NCBI GenBank assembly: GCA_963760275.1
Contig: CAVXCM010000013.1
Coordinates: 459,889-523,888 of the forward strand
DNA: 64,000 nt
Direction: 5' to 3'
From: an uncultured Verrucomicrobiae bacterium
GTDB lineage: Bacteria; Verrucomicrobiota; Verrucomicrobiia; Limisphaerales; SIBH01
How positions within the stretch are numbered: the stretch's first letter is position 1; each line of letters starts with the position of its first letter. Made by a program: the position numbers and the translations under genes. The notes below the pieces were generated by a model. It was given only the letters and a program-made list of their open reading frames with translations, was not told the DNA's origin and searched no databases. Below are positions 9,331 to 18,578 of the stretch, in pieces.

Positions 9331-10091
9331 TTGAACTGATTCATCTCGTGAAACGATTTGGCGATGTCGTGGCCGTGAACGACTTGAGCCTGACCGTGAA
9401 CCGGGGCGAGTTCTTCGTCGTTCTGGGCCCCAACGCGGCGGGAAAAACCACTACGATTAAGATCCTGACGGGATTGATTAAGCCCACTTCGGGAATCGCG
9501 CGCGTGGCAGGATTCGACGTGCAAGCCGAGCCGCTCGAAGTAAAGCGGCGTATGGCGTATGTGCCCGATTTTCCCTTTCTCTATGACAAACTCACGCCAT
9601 GGGAATTTTTCCGCTTCATTGGCCAGATGTTCCGGATGGACATGGGGAAAATTCAGAAACACGGACGCGAACTGGTCGAACGATTCAACCTCGGTGATTA
9701 CGCGAATAAGGCCATCGAGGGTTTGTCGCACGGCACCCGGCAGCGGGTTGCCATTGTTTCGGCGCTCCTCCACGACCCGGAAGTTTTCGTCATCGACGAA
9801 CCCATGGTTGGCCTCGACCCTCAGCATGCCCGCGTGGTGAAGGATGTGCTAAAGGAGCGTTCCATGAACGGGATGACGGTGTTTCTTTCCACCCACCAGC
9901 TCAGTGTGGCCGAGGAACTCGCCGATCGCGTCGGTATCATTCACCAGGGCCGCGTGGTCGCGATTGGAACGGCGGCCGAGCTCCGGAAACAAAGCAATGC
10001 CGAGGGCGCCTTGGAACGGGCCTTCCTGGCCCTGACGGCTGAAGCGGATGGAGCGGATGCCGGGCAACAGACTTTGCCCATTCCTTCCTAG
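9327..10091 (+). CDS. ABC-2/DrrA-type ABC transporter ATP-binding protein
   Basis: Walker A GPNAAGKTT, signature LSHGTRQRV, Walker B VFVIDEP, H-loop STHQL. No permease gene is adjacent. Confidence 0.9.
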   Translation: MIELIHLVKRFGDVVAVNDLSLTVNRGEFFVVLGPNAAGKTTTIKILTGLIKPTSGIARVAGFDVQAEPLEVKRRMAYVPDFPFLYDKLTPWEFFRFIGQMFRMDMGKIQKHGRELVERFNLGDYANKAIEGLSHGTRQRVAIVSALLHDPEVFVIDEPMVGLDPQHARVVKDVLKERSMNGMTVFLSTHQLSVAEELADRVGIIHQGRVVAIGTAAELRKQSNAEGALERAFLALTAEADGADAGQQTLPIPS

Positions 10092-10162
10092 TTGCCCACC
10101 CTGCTGACTCGCGCCGGACGGTTTGCTTGATCGTGCCACCCGCTTTCTCTACAACGCAGCGC

Positions 10163-11089
10163 ATGTCTGTAACCGCCACACGCGCCGGAGCACGGCGCAA
10201 GGGTTCCTTTGACTTGCAGCGCTATCTCGACGCTCGGACCGTCGCCGTCGATCGTGCCCTGGATAAATTCCTTCCCAAGGAGAATGCCAGGCCAACAACG
10301 ATTCACCGGGCGATGCGGTATTCGCTGTTTGCGGGTGGCAAGCGCATGAGGCCGGCGCTCTGTATCGCGGCGGCTGAGGCGTGCGGCGGCACGATGGAAG
10401 ATGCGCTGCCATTGGCCTGTGCCGTCGAATGCATTCACACCTACTCGCTGATCCACGATGATTTGCCGGCGATGGACAACGACGATTTCCGCCGGGGGAA
10501 GCCCACCAACCACAAAGTGTTTGGCGAGGGGATCGCCGTCCTCGCCGGGGATGCGCTGTTGACCCAGGCATTCGAAATCACGGCCCAGGCGAAAGGCACC
10601 CGTCGCTACCCAGCTCACAAGCTGGTGTTGGAACTGGCGCAGGCTTCCGGTTCGTTGCAACTCATCGCCGGCCAGGTCGCCGACCTTGAAGGCGAGGGCA
10701 AAACAATCTCCGCTGACGAACTGGAGTACATTCATGAGCGCAAGACCTCCGCGTTGCTCTGCGGCTCTGCCCGATTGGGTGGGATGAGCGCCAATTGTTC
10801 GGAGGCACAGCTGAAGGCGCTGACGGACTTCGGCTACAACGTCGGTCTGGCATTTCAAATCATCGACGACATCCTGGATCTCACCCAGACCACGGAACAG
10901 TTGGGCAAGACCGCTGGTAAGGACACGAAGGCGCAGAAGGCCACCTATCCGTCGATTCTCGGGATGCAGCAATCACGCGACATTGCACTCGAGCTGACCA
11001 ACAAGGCGTTCAGCGCACTCAAAACGTTCAAAGGCAAAGCCAGCGCTCTGGAAGCACTCGCGGATTATCTTCTGCGACGGCAAAAATAA
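10163..11089 (+). CDS. ispA: polyprenyl (farnesyl/geranylgeranyl) diphosphate synthase
   Basis: First Asp-rich motif LIHDDLPAMDNDDFRRG and second motif FQIIDDILD. The first ATG is at 10163; the ORF-track start at 10127 is TTG. Confidence 0.9.
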   Translation: MSVTATRAGARRKGSFDLQRYLDARTVAVDRALDKFLPKENARPTTIHRAMRYSLFAGGKRMRPALCIAAAEACGGTMEDALPLACAVECIHTYSLIHDDLPAMDNDDFRRGKPTNHKVFGEGIAVLAGDALLTQAFEITAQAKGTRRYPAHKLVLELAQASGSLQLIAGQVADLEGEGKTISADELEYIHERKTSALLCGSARLGGMSANCSEAQLKALTDFGYNVGLAFQIIDDILDLTQTTEQLGKTAGKDTKAQKATYPSILGMQQSRDIALELTNKAFSALKTFKGKASALEALADYLLRRQK

Positions 11090-11107
11090 ATCGGATTTCC
11101 GCAAACG

Positions 11108-11138
11108 AAAAACCCGCATCCTGTGGCCAGGGTGCGGG
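11108..11138 (-). terminator. intrinsic terminator hairpin between convergent ispA and the Gfo/Idh/MocA gene
   Basis: 11-bp stem cccgcatcctg/cagggtgcggg (one G-U pair) with loop tggc at 11113-11138. On the minus strand it is followed by a run of five T (11108-11112). Confidence 0.6.
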
Positions 11139-11162
11139 CTGCGAAAGGGAACGGACTGAAGA

Positions 11163-12503
11163 CTAAACGTCTTTGATCTGCGTCTTGCCGGGCACGGGCA
11201 ATTGATACATCCCATCCGGGCCTGGCTTCACCAGCGGCTCTGCATCCCAGGCGAGATTCTTGGGCATGGTATCGAGCTGTGAATTGAGCGCCTGCTCCCA
11301 AGTCACTTCCTTGCCGGTGTAGGTGGACATACGGCCAAGAATCGCCGTCAGCGTGCTGTGCGCACCGTAAACGCCTTCGTTGTACGGTGTGTCGTTGCGA
11401 ATGGCGGCGAAGAAATCGTCGTGCTCCACCTGATACGGGTTCTTCGAGCCACCACTGTGACGCCATTTGTTTTCGCCCGTGATGACGTTGCGCTCAAAGT
11501 CGCTCTTGCCCTTGGTGCCGATGGCAGATTGGCCGACTTCATTCCAACAGCCCAGTTGATGCCGGCATTGGCTGAAGCAAACGGAGCCGTCGGGATACGT
11601 GAACTCCACGACGTGATGGTCGAAAATTTCCCCGTAATCCGGCCCCTTGCGGGTTTCGCATCCGCCGTTGCCGCGGGCGCTGACGGGATGCCCGTTCTTT
11701 AACCAGTTGACCATGTCGAGATTGTGAATGTGCTGTTCGACGATGTGGTCGCCGCAGAGCCAGACGAAGTAGTACCAATTGCGAAGCTGGTATTCCATTT
11801 CGGTGAGCTTGCGGCCGTATTGCTTTTCCAGCTGCGCGCGGGGCCGCACCCAGGGGGTGTTGCCGTTCCAATAAGCGCGTGTCGCCACGATGTCGCCAAT
11901 GGCGCCGTCCTGAAGGCGTTTGATGCATTCGATGTGGCCGGCGTGGTGATGACGCTGCAGCCCAACGCCGACTTTCAGGTTTTTCTTCTTCGCTTCTTCG
12001 GCCGCGGCGAGAAATTTGCGAACGCCGGTGCCGTCCACCGCCACGGGTTTTTCGGTAAACACATGCTTGCCCTGGCGCACGGCTTCCTCGAACTGCATGG
12101 GGCGAAACCCGGGAGGCGTGGCGAGAATTACCACGTCCGCCATGGCAATGGCCTGCTTGTATGCGTCGAAGCCGATCAGCTTGTTGTCCTCAGGTACTTC
12201 CACCTTGTGCTTATGCTTGTTGGCGAGGTCCTTCAGGCTGCCATCCATGCGATCCTTATGCACATCGGCCACGGCCACGAGCTTGACGCTTTCGCCCGTG
12301 CTCAGTGCCTGGTCGGCGGCACCAGAGCCACGGCCACCGCAACCGACAAGGGCGACCTTGAGCGTGTCGCCAGGCGATGCCGCAAAGGCAAAGCGTTCGA
12401 TGGGCAGCGCGCTCAAGGCAGCAACGCCAGCGACCGTTTTGGACGTGTGAGAAAGGAAGCTCCGGCGGTTCAACGCCTGAGCGGCAGAAATAATTTTGTT
12501 CAT
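11163..12503 (-). CDS. Gfo/Idh/MocA-family oxidoreductase with twin-arginine signal
   Basis: ATG at 12503. TAT motif NRRSFLSH and Rossmann motif VALVGCGGRG. 446 aa. Confidence 0.9.
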   Translation of the reverse strand: MNKIISAAQALNRRSFLSHTSKTVAGVAALSALPIERFAFAASPGDTLKVALVGCGGRGSGAADQALSTGESVKLVAVADVHKDRMDGSLKDLANKHKHKVEVPEDNKLIGFDAYKQAIAMADVVILATPPGFRPMQFEEAVRQGKHVFTEKPVAVDGTGVRKFLAAAEEAKKKNLKVGVGLQRHHHAGHIECIKRLQDGAIGDIVATRAYWNGNTPWVRPRAQLEKQYGRKLTEMEYQLRNWYYFVWLCGDHIVEQHIHNLDMVNWLKNGHPVSARGNGGCETRKGPDYGEIFDHHVVEFTYPDGSVCFSQCRHQLGCWNEVGQSAIGTKGKSDFERNVITGENKWRHSGGSKNPYQVEHDDFFAAIRNDTPYNEGVYGAHSTLTAILGRMSTYTGKEVTWEQALNSQLDTMPKNLAWDAEPLVKPGPDGMYQLPVPGKTQIKDV

Positions 12504-12632
12504 GGCTTTGGTTTTGTTCAGACGCCCGACGCGCGCGCGGCTATTCAACCGGGGAATCGGGAGGTGCAGGAAGCGTGGCGGCTCTCAAACTTGAAGTCCA
12601 GTCGTGTTTACAATCACTCAGCACGATGCCCT

Positions 12633-13352
12633 TCATGCCGTCTGTTGCGCGAAATCGCGAAGCTCCTGGCGCAGCGGTGCTGCGAAATTCCAGTGACGCC
12701 CGCGCCACTCGAATTGCAACTCCCCCGCATGTAAGGCGTGGTTGGAAAGCAGCAGACGGGCATGATCCTCCGACGTGATTCGGCCCTCCACGAAACGCAG
12801 GTAAATCTGTTCATCCCCTCCGTAGATCTTATCGCCCACCAGCGGGTGTCCCACGTATGCGAGGTGAATTCTGATTTGATGTTTACGTCCTGATACCGGT
12901 TGGACCGAGAGAAGCGAGAATGGCCGCCCATCGCGTGTGAAACGTTGTGTCGTGTGGACCTTGGTCATGGCCGGCGCACCGTCCACTCGCACACAGTCTT
13001 TGATCGCCACGGCGCTTTGGACGTCCTTGCCCAACGGCGCGTCGATGGTGAGGGAGTCTTCCGCCACCCAGCCATGCACGATTGCGGTGTAGCCTTTTGA
13101 AACGGAGTTACCCTCAATCAGTTTGCCGAGCTCGCCCGCCACGGAACTGCTTTTGGAGAGCAGCACCAATCCGCTGGTTTCACGGTCCAGGCGGTTTACC
13201 AGGCGCCCTTCCGCGTGCCTGAGATAAAGACGCGCGCGCCCGATGAGACTGGAACGCTCGTCTGTCTTGGTCGGATGGCAGACCAGGCCCGCTGGCTTAT
13301 TGACGACGAGTAGCTCAGCATCTTCGTGGATAACCTCGAACAAGTCGTTCAT
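12633..13352 (-). CDS. RluA-family pseudouridine synthase
   Basis: Catalytic motif VNRLDRETSGLVLL and C-terminal HQIRIHLAYVGHPLVGDKIYG. 239 aa. Confidence 0.9.
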   Translation of the reverse strand: MNDLFEVIHEDAELLVVNKPAGLVCHPTKTDERSSLIGRARLYLRHAEGRLVNRLDRETSGLVLLSKSSSVAGELGKLIEGNSVSKGYTAIVHGWVAEDSLTIDAPLGKDVQSAVAIKDCVRVDGAPAMTKVHTTQRFTRDGRPFSLLSVQPVSGRKHQIRIHLAYVGHPLVGDKIYGGDEQIYLRFVEGRITSEDHARLLLSNHALHAGELQFEWRGRHWNFAAPLRQELRDFAQQTA

Positions 13353-13431
13353 GGAGCGGGGTTACACGATGAAGGTATCATTTTGCGTGAACGATCCCGG
13401 TTGTTCCGCCAAACTCAAGTGGTCATCTCTT

Positions 13432-16400
13432 ATGAAGCCTTGCTCTCCCACGGTTCGGCCCGGCGTTTTCTCTTTTTTCACGTTGGTTTTGGTGGGCGCT
13501 CTCTGGTTCGCCGCGCCGACTTCCAGCGCCCAAACTGGAGCTGGCACTGCCGCCTCCTTCGACGGAGTGAACGATTTCGCCAGCATCGCCAATAGCGCTC
13601 CTTTAAATGCGTATCCGCTCACCGTGATGGGCTGGTTCCGTTCCTTTGACCAAGGCCTCGACCGCGGCATCGTGAACAAATACGTGATCGGGTCGTTGAA
13701 CGGATACCAAGTTTACTTTCACCAGGGCCGGGTGCGCGCGTGGTATTTCCGCGATGGCAACAATTACATCTGGGACGGCGGGCAGGGGCTGGATAGCGGG
13801 TTCGTTGCGGGGGCCTGGCTGCATTTCGCATTCACGGTGGATGCCTCCGGGGGAAAACTTTATGTGAATGGCGTCCTTCGCGCGAGCCGCGCCTGGACTG
13901 GCACACCCGGCGCGCCCACGACGACTCAGGAAATGCAGTTCGGCCGTTACGCGAACAACTTTTTGAATGGCGAACTCGACGAGGTGAGCGTCTGGAACGT
14001 GGCGTTATCTCCCGCGGCCATCCAAAACGCCATGGTTCGGCGATTGGAAACTAATGAGGCCGGACTGCTGGCCTACTGGCGTTTCGAGGAGGGCGCCGGA
14101 TCTTCCTTCGCGGATCTGGTGCCGGCCGTTGCCGGCAATAACGGTGGATCGATGCTCAATGGAGTTTCATGGGTACCGTCCGGCGGCGGTGTGGGGCCGT
14201 TCGTGAATACGCGCGGCATCTCCAGCCAAACCATCAATGGCGCCGTGAACTTAAACGGGGAGGTGAATCCACTCGGGCGTTCGACGACGGCGTGGTTCGA
14301 GTGGGGCACGAATAGCAGCTACGGAAACAGAACCGCGGCATTCGCGGCTGGCTCGGGATCAAACTACCTGACCGCGGGTGCACTGCTTTCCGGATTGCAG
14401 CCCGGCCAGGCGTATCAATATCGGTTCGTCGCCACGAACTTGAATGGTCGCGCCAACGGCTTGAACCAAAGCTTTACCCAGCCGGTATGGCCGCCGGCGG
14501 GAGGCGTGCCACCGCTCCGTAGCTCTGCCTATGATGCCAGCTCCGCTAGTTTCTCCGCATTCGATCTTCGCCCGGAATGGGACAGCTCCGTGGAGATGAC
14601 AATCGAAGCGTGGGTTTTCCGACAGGACGCCAATCGTTTTGAAACAATCGTGTCGCACGATGCACCGGGCTCCTATCGGCTCGCGTTTTCTCCCCGGCTG
14701 AGATTTTACCGGGGGACGAATTTTTCCGAGGTGGCAACACCAGTTCTGGCAAACAAGTGGACGCACGTGGCGGTGAGCTACAACGGCGCGCTCGCGCGGT
14801 TTTACGTCAATGGTGAATTGGCGGGCACGCGCGCGCTGACCCATACGGGCGCCGGGAAGCTGCGTCCCTTGCTGCTGGGACACGATGATTCGCACAACTT
14901 GGACATCGGTCCAATCAACCGGTTCCTCGGCAGCCTGGACGAAGTGCGCGTGTGGTCGGTGGCACGTAGTGCTGCGGAAATTCGCGATGGACTCTATCGC
15001 GAGATACGCGGTGAGCTGGGACAGGTGGCGGTTTTCCCGCGGGGCGGGCGCGTCGAGGAGATCAGCGGACTTGTCGGGCGGATTGGAGCCGGAGTGACGG
15101 AGCAGGTTTTCGGCATGGCTCCGCGCGATCTGGTGGTGCCGCGCGCGGCCTTCACGCCTACGGCTGATGGCATTTTGAATCTGGGCACCGAATACCTGGG
15201 CGCAGAGCAGCTCGTCATTCGATATCCTGACCAGCCTGAAATGATCGACCAGCGGGCCTTGTTTGTCCGCACGGACAACGACCTGTTTGTCGCCGTGGCC
15301 TTGAGCATTGATCCGCCGGGTGATTGGAACATCACCAACTCCTCGCTGAGCCTCTACATCGACACGACCAACGCCAAGCCGGCACTCGCGGAGTATCCTC
15401 AGGCAGAACTCCGGACGCCGTTGGACGGCAGCAGTCGCTCCACCTGGCTGAATGGAGACGGTGCCGGTGGCTATTATTTTTGCCAGACCCCACCGGGCAC
15501 GGGGTTGCCTCAGCCTTGCACCCCGCGCAGTCTCTATCAGGTGGGCCAGCGATTTTGTGGGGGGGAGATTGCAACGGCAATCTGTACCGAGTTTCGCGTC
15601 TCGCGCAGTTTGTTGGGAACTTTTAACGAGTTCGATGGCGTGGCGATTGGGCAGGTAAACCTCACAGCGTTTGGCGAGCAGACCTTTATCCCGGAAGCGG
15701 GCTTCGAAGCGTCGCCCGCCACCTGGCTGACGATGTCGTACGGCGAAGGCAGCGCGACTCTTCCCCGCGTGCGTTGGAGTGGGCGTGTCTTCGCGGGCCT
15801 GACCAACACCAGTATCCCGCTGCCCAACTATCGCGTGTCTCTGATTGCCGACAACGTGGCTTACAGCAAATTTACCGATGGCTTCGGGCGATTCAGTTTT
15901 GACGAGCCGATGCCGGCCGGGACAACGTTCATTTTCGCGCAGGCCGAGTTGGAAGCGTTTGCTCGCTATACATTGCCGAGGGTGAGTGCCGGAGGATTGC
16001 AACCGCAGTTCGTCTTCACCAATCGCGTTATCTTTGCCGGACTTCCACCCGGTGCCAGCGGAACCTTCCAACTGGCCAATGTGGACTTCTTCGTGCAGCG
16101 GCCTTCCCTGGCATCTGCCATCGTCAGCGCCTCGCCGGCGAATCCGATGGTGGGCGTGGCGGTGCGTCAGGGAGGCGTGGGCGGGTTGGGAGAAGTCGTC
16201 ACGCTTACGGGCACGAATCTTCATGCGGAAATGGATTACTACCTTTCCCCCATCACGGGCACGTTCCCGACCAGCCCCGGCGCATGGACATTAATTCCTG
16301 CCGCGAACGTCACTCGCGTCAGTGCCACATCGGTCCGCCTGCAAGCACCCTTCGTTCCCGACTTTGTGCGCCAGCACACCAACGGTCCCTTCGTGCCGTC

Positions 16401-18450
16401 GTTCTCATCGCAGTGGCAATGGGTGGCGCGCGATTCCTGGTTCAGGACCGGCCGCATCGAATACAGCACCGTTGGCAGCTTCACGCTGAGGCGTCCGCCC
16501 TACCCGAACATCCACGGGTTCAATTTCAAGAACGAGGCGAGGGACGCCCGGTTTAACGAGTTCCTCGCTGGCTACGGTTACAGTGCCTACATCTGCGTGG
16601 ACCCGATCGGCAGCTGCGGTGCCCACATCCCGGACCCGCTTTACTGGGCGCTCTGGTGGCCGGTGCATAAAATCGTCATCGATAAGAGCGGCGGCAGTTG
16701 CGTCGGCTTCTCGGGCACGGCGCTGGAATTGTTTAACCTGATCGACACTCCCCAGCATTATGATCCGCAGGCTCTGTTCGCCAATGGCATTGATGATTAT
16801 CCGGGACCCCCGGGGCAATTCGACACGAGCAACAGCGGGGGACGTTATACGCGCCCGCCCATTCCGCAGGACATTTGGGCGCGCATTCGCATGAATCACG
16901 GCGCGCAGACCAGCGCCGAGTACATGATCCATCTTCTCTCCCAGCTCGACGTGGATATTTTCTCGCCCAACTTCGGGGGCGATCCGGTCGGCCGCCTGCC
17001 TGAGCTTCGTGCTGGCACGACGGCGCAAGCCGTCTGCATGGTGCAAGGCTTTGACGGTGGTCATTGCGTCACGCCGTATCGCGTGGAGGGGAATTACAAT
17101 GGAGATCCAAACATCACGCGCGTTTGGATCTACGATAACAGTTCACCGTGCGCCGTCGGTGCTGCGGCCGATGACTGGTGCGTGACCAATCAATTTATCG
17201 ACATCAATCACAGCGCCAACGAATACATTTTTCCCGGCAACAACTGGACGGGCACCGCGCTCTTTACCGTGCCCGGTCGCCTTTACACCGACACCCGCAC
17301 CGCACCTGGCCTAATCGATTTCGCCCAGGCATTGGGCACGTTCCTCGTGGTGGTGGCGGGAGATGCTGACGCGCATTTCACCACGCCCTCCGGCCAGGAA
17401 TGGGGCTGGCGCGAGAATGGCGCCTTCGTCAATTCCCTGCCCGGCGTGCGCGCTTTCCCCATTTTGGGCTCACCCACGAACCGCACGCGTGGCATCCCCA
17501 TCCTTCTTCCCATCTCGAATGGGGTTCCTGCCATCAACATTCACATGCGCGGCAGCAATGCGAATGTCTTTCACGTCGCAGCGGGCGGCACGCTGTTGCA
17601 ACTGGAAATGCCCAACAGCGTCCCGGGTCTCAGCAATCGCATCGGTGTCAGCGCCATTTCCAATCAACTCAGTTCCTTCCGCTTCACGCCGCAGCAGGCG
17701 GTCAGCAACTTCGCGCCAAGGGTTGGGTTCGTCATCAGCAACGGAGCCTGCGCCACCTTTCAATGGCTGGGCCTCGACGCAGTGGGCAACAAGACCCAGG
17801 AATTCCGCGCACTCAAGACCCTGCGCGCCGTGGATTACCGCAACGACAGCGGCAAACCGACCCAACATTTTCTCCGCGTGGACGCCGTCGATGCTCGCAC
17901 CACGAATAACACGTGTGCCCTCTTCGGACCGTTCAATGTACCGACTGGCGCCGTTCATTGTGTCGTCTTGCAGGACTGGCCGCGGGTGAAGCAGGTGCGC
18001 TCCGAACTGGATTTGAATGCCGATGGCACGCCCGACGAGGTGACGATGGTGACAGGAATCGAGATCGATTCCGATGCCGACGGCATGCCTGACGCCTGGG
18101 AAGTGCTGCACCAGCTCAATCCTGAAACGACAGATTGCGACAATGATGCCGACGACGATGGAGTCTCAAATCTTGGGGAGTATCTCAGCGACAGCAATCC
18201 GCGCGATGCTGGTTCGGCGATGCGTGTGACGGCGACATTGCTCGGGGGCAACCGAGTGCGGCTGTCGTGGAAAGCGGTTCCCGGCCGCCGCTACGAACTC
18301 CTTTATGCTAACGGACTGGAATATGTGTTCCAGCCATTGCAGGGAGGTGGATTCCCACGCGTGGCAACCTCGACCGAGGAATTCTTCGAGGACACGTTGC
18401 CAGCCGGCACTTCGCGCCCGCGATTCTACAGGCTGAGATTGGTTCCTTGA
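13432..18450 (+). CDS. giant secreted multidomain protein. It has two LamG/concanavalin-A-like domains, an Fn3-like unit, CarboxypepD_reg-like and IPT-like units, a cryptic Cys-hydrolase-like region, and a C-terminal acidic repeat plus beta-sandwich.
   Basis: ATG at 13432 gives the signal peptide MKPCSPTVRPGVFSFFTLVLVGALWFAAPTSSAQT. Alternative ATG at 13369. The ORF-track start at 13243 overlaps rluA and is unlikely. LamG hallmarks: LDEVSVWNVALS and LDEVRVWSVARSAAEI. 1672 aa from 13432. Confidence 0.85.
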   Translation: MKPCSPTVRPGVFSFFTLVLVGALWFAAPTSSAQTGAGTAASFDGVNDFASIANSAPLNAYPLTVMGWFRSFDQGLDRGIVNKYVIGSLNGYQVYFHQGRVRAWYFRDGNNYIWDGGQGLDSGFVAGAWLHFAFTVDASGGKLYVNGVLRASRAWTGTPGAPTTTQEMQFGRYANNFLNGELDEVSVWNVALSPAAIQNAMVRRLETNEAGLLAYWRFEEGAGSSFADLVPAVAGNNGGSMLNGVSWVPSGGGVGPFVNTRGISSQTINGAVNLNGEVNPLGRSTTAWFEWGTNSSYGNRTAAFAAGSGSNYLTAGALLSGLQPGQAYQYRFVATNLNGRANGLNQSFTQPVWPPAGGVPPLRSSAYDASSASFSAFDLRPEWDSSVEMTIEAWVFRQDANRFETIVSHDAPGSYRLAFSPRLRFYRGTNFSEVATPVLANKWTHVAVSYNGALARFYVNGELAGTRALTHTGAGKLRPLLLGHDDSHNLDIGPINRFLGSLDEVRVWSVARSAAEIRDGLYREIRGELGQVAVFPRGGRVEEISGLVGRIGAGVTEQVFGMAPRDLVVPRAAFTPTADGILNLGTEYLGAEQLVIRYPDQPEMIDQRALFVRTDNDLFVAVALSIDPPGDWNITNSSLSLYIDTTNAKPALAEYPQAELRTPLDGSSRSTWLNGDGAGGYYFCQTPPGTGLPQPCTPRSLYQVGQRFCGGEIATAICTEFRVSRSLLGTFNEFDGVAIGQVNLTAFGEQTFIPEAGFEASPATWLTMSYGEGSATLPRVRWSGRVFAGLTNTSIPLPNYRVSLIADNVAYSKFTDGFGRFSFDEPMPAGTTFIFAQAELEAFARYTLPRVSAGGLQPQFVFTNRVIFAGLPPGASGTFQLANVDFFVQRPSLASAIVSASPANPMVGVAVRQGGVGGLGEVVTLTGTNLHAEMDYYLSPITGTFPTSPGAWTLIPAANVTRVSATSVRLQAPFVPDFVRQHTNGPFVPSFSSQWQWVARDSWFRTGRIEYSTVGSFTLRRPPYPNIHGFNFKNEARDARFNEFLAGYGYSAYICVDPIGSCGAHIPDPLYWALWWPVHKIVIDKSGGSCVGFSGTALELFNLIDTPQHYDPQALFANGIDDYPGPPGQFDTSNSGGRYTRPPIPQDIWARIRMNHGAQTSAEYMIHLLSQLDVDIFSPNFGGDPVGRLPELRAGTTAQAVCMVQGFDGGHCVTPYRVEGNYNGDPNITRVWIYDNSSPCAVGAAADDWCVTNQFIDINHSANEYIFPGNNWTGTALFTVPGRLYTDTRTAPGLIDFAQALGTFLVVVAGDADAHFTTPSGQEWGWRENGAFVNSLPGVRAFPILGSPTNRTRGIPILLPISNGVPAINIHMRGSNANVFHVAAGGTLLQLEMPNSVPGLSNRIGVSAISNQLSSFRFTPQQAVSNFAPRVGFVISNGACATFQWLGLDAVGNKTQEFRALKTLRAVDYRNDSGKPTQHFLRVDAVDARTTNNTCALFGPFNVPTGAVHCVVLQDWPRVKQVRSELDLNADGTPDEVTMVTGIEIDSDADGMPDAWEVLHQLNPETTDCDNDADDDGVSNLGEYLSDSNPRDAGSAMRVTATLLGGNRVRLSWKAVPGRRYELLYANGLEYVFQPLQGGGFPRVATSTEEFFEDTLPAGTSRPRFYRLRLVP

Positions 18451-18578
18451 ACCCGATCTTCATCCCGCACCGGAGGGCGGCCTTGCCACAACTGTGATCT
18501 GAGCAGGACGCACACTTACCATCGCGCTCATGGTCTCGAACCTCGACGGGACAAACGTCAGTTCGTACGCTGCTGGCA

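Noticed and set aside
10088-10972. 294-aa ORF on the minus strand
   Set aside because: It is antisense to ispA, which carries both Asp-rich motifs, and is a shadow ORF. The same reasoning applies to 11724-12734 (antisense to the Gfo/Idh/MocA gene), 18558-19517 (purB), 46570-47568 (GH42) and 49192-50130 (dehydrogenase gene).
13243-13431. 5' extension of the LamG gene as drawn in the ORF track
   Set aside because: It would overlap the rluA coding region by 110 nt in divergent orientation. The ATG at 13432 is followed directly by a classical signal peptide.
14359-16224. 621-aa ORF on the minus strand
   Set aside because: It lies entirely antisense to the LamG giant gene. It is Arg/Gly/Ala/Pro-rich with no motifs, which is the typical shadow ORF of a high-GC coding region.
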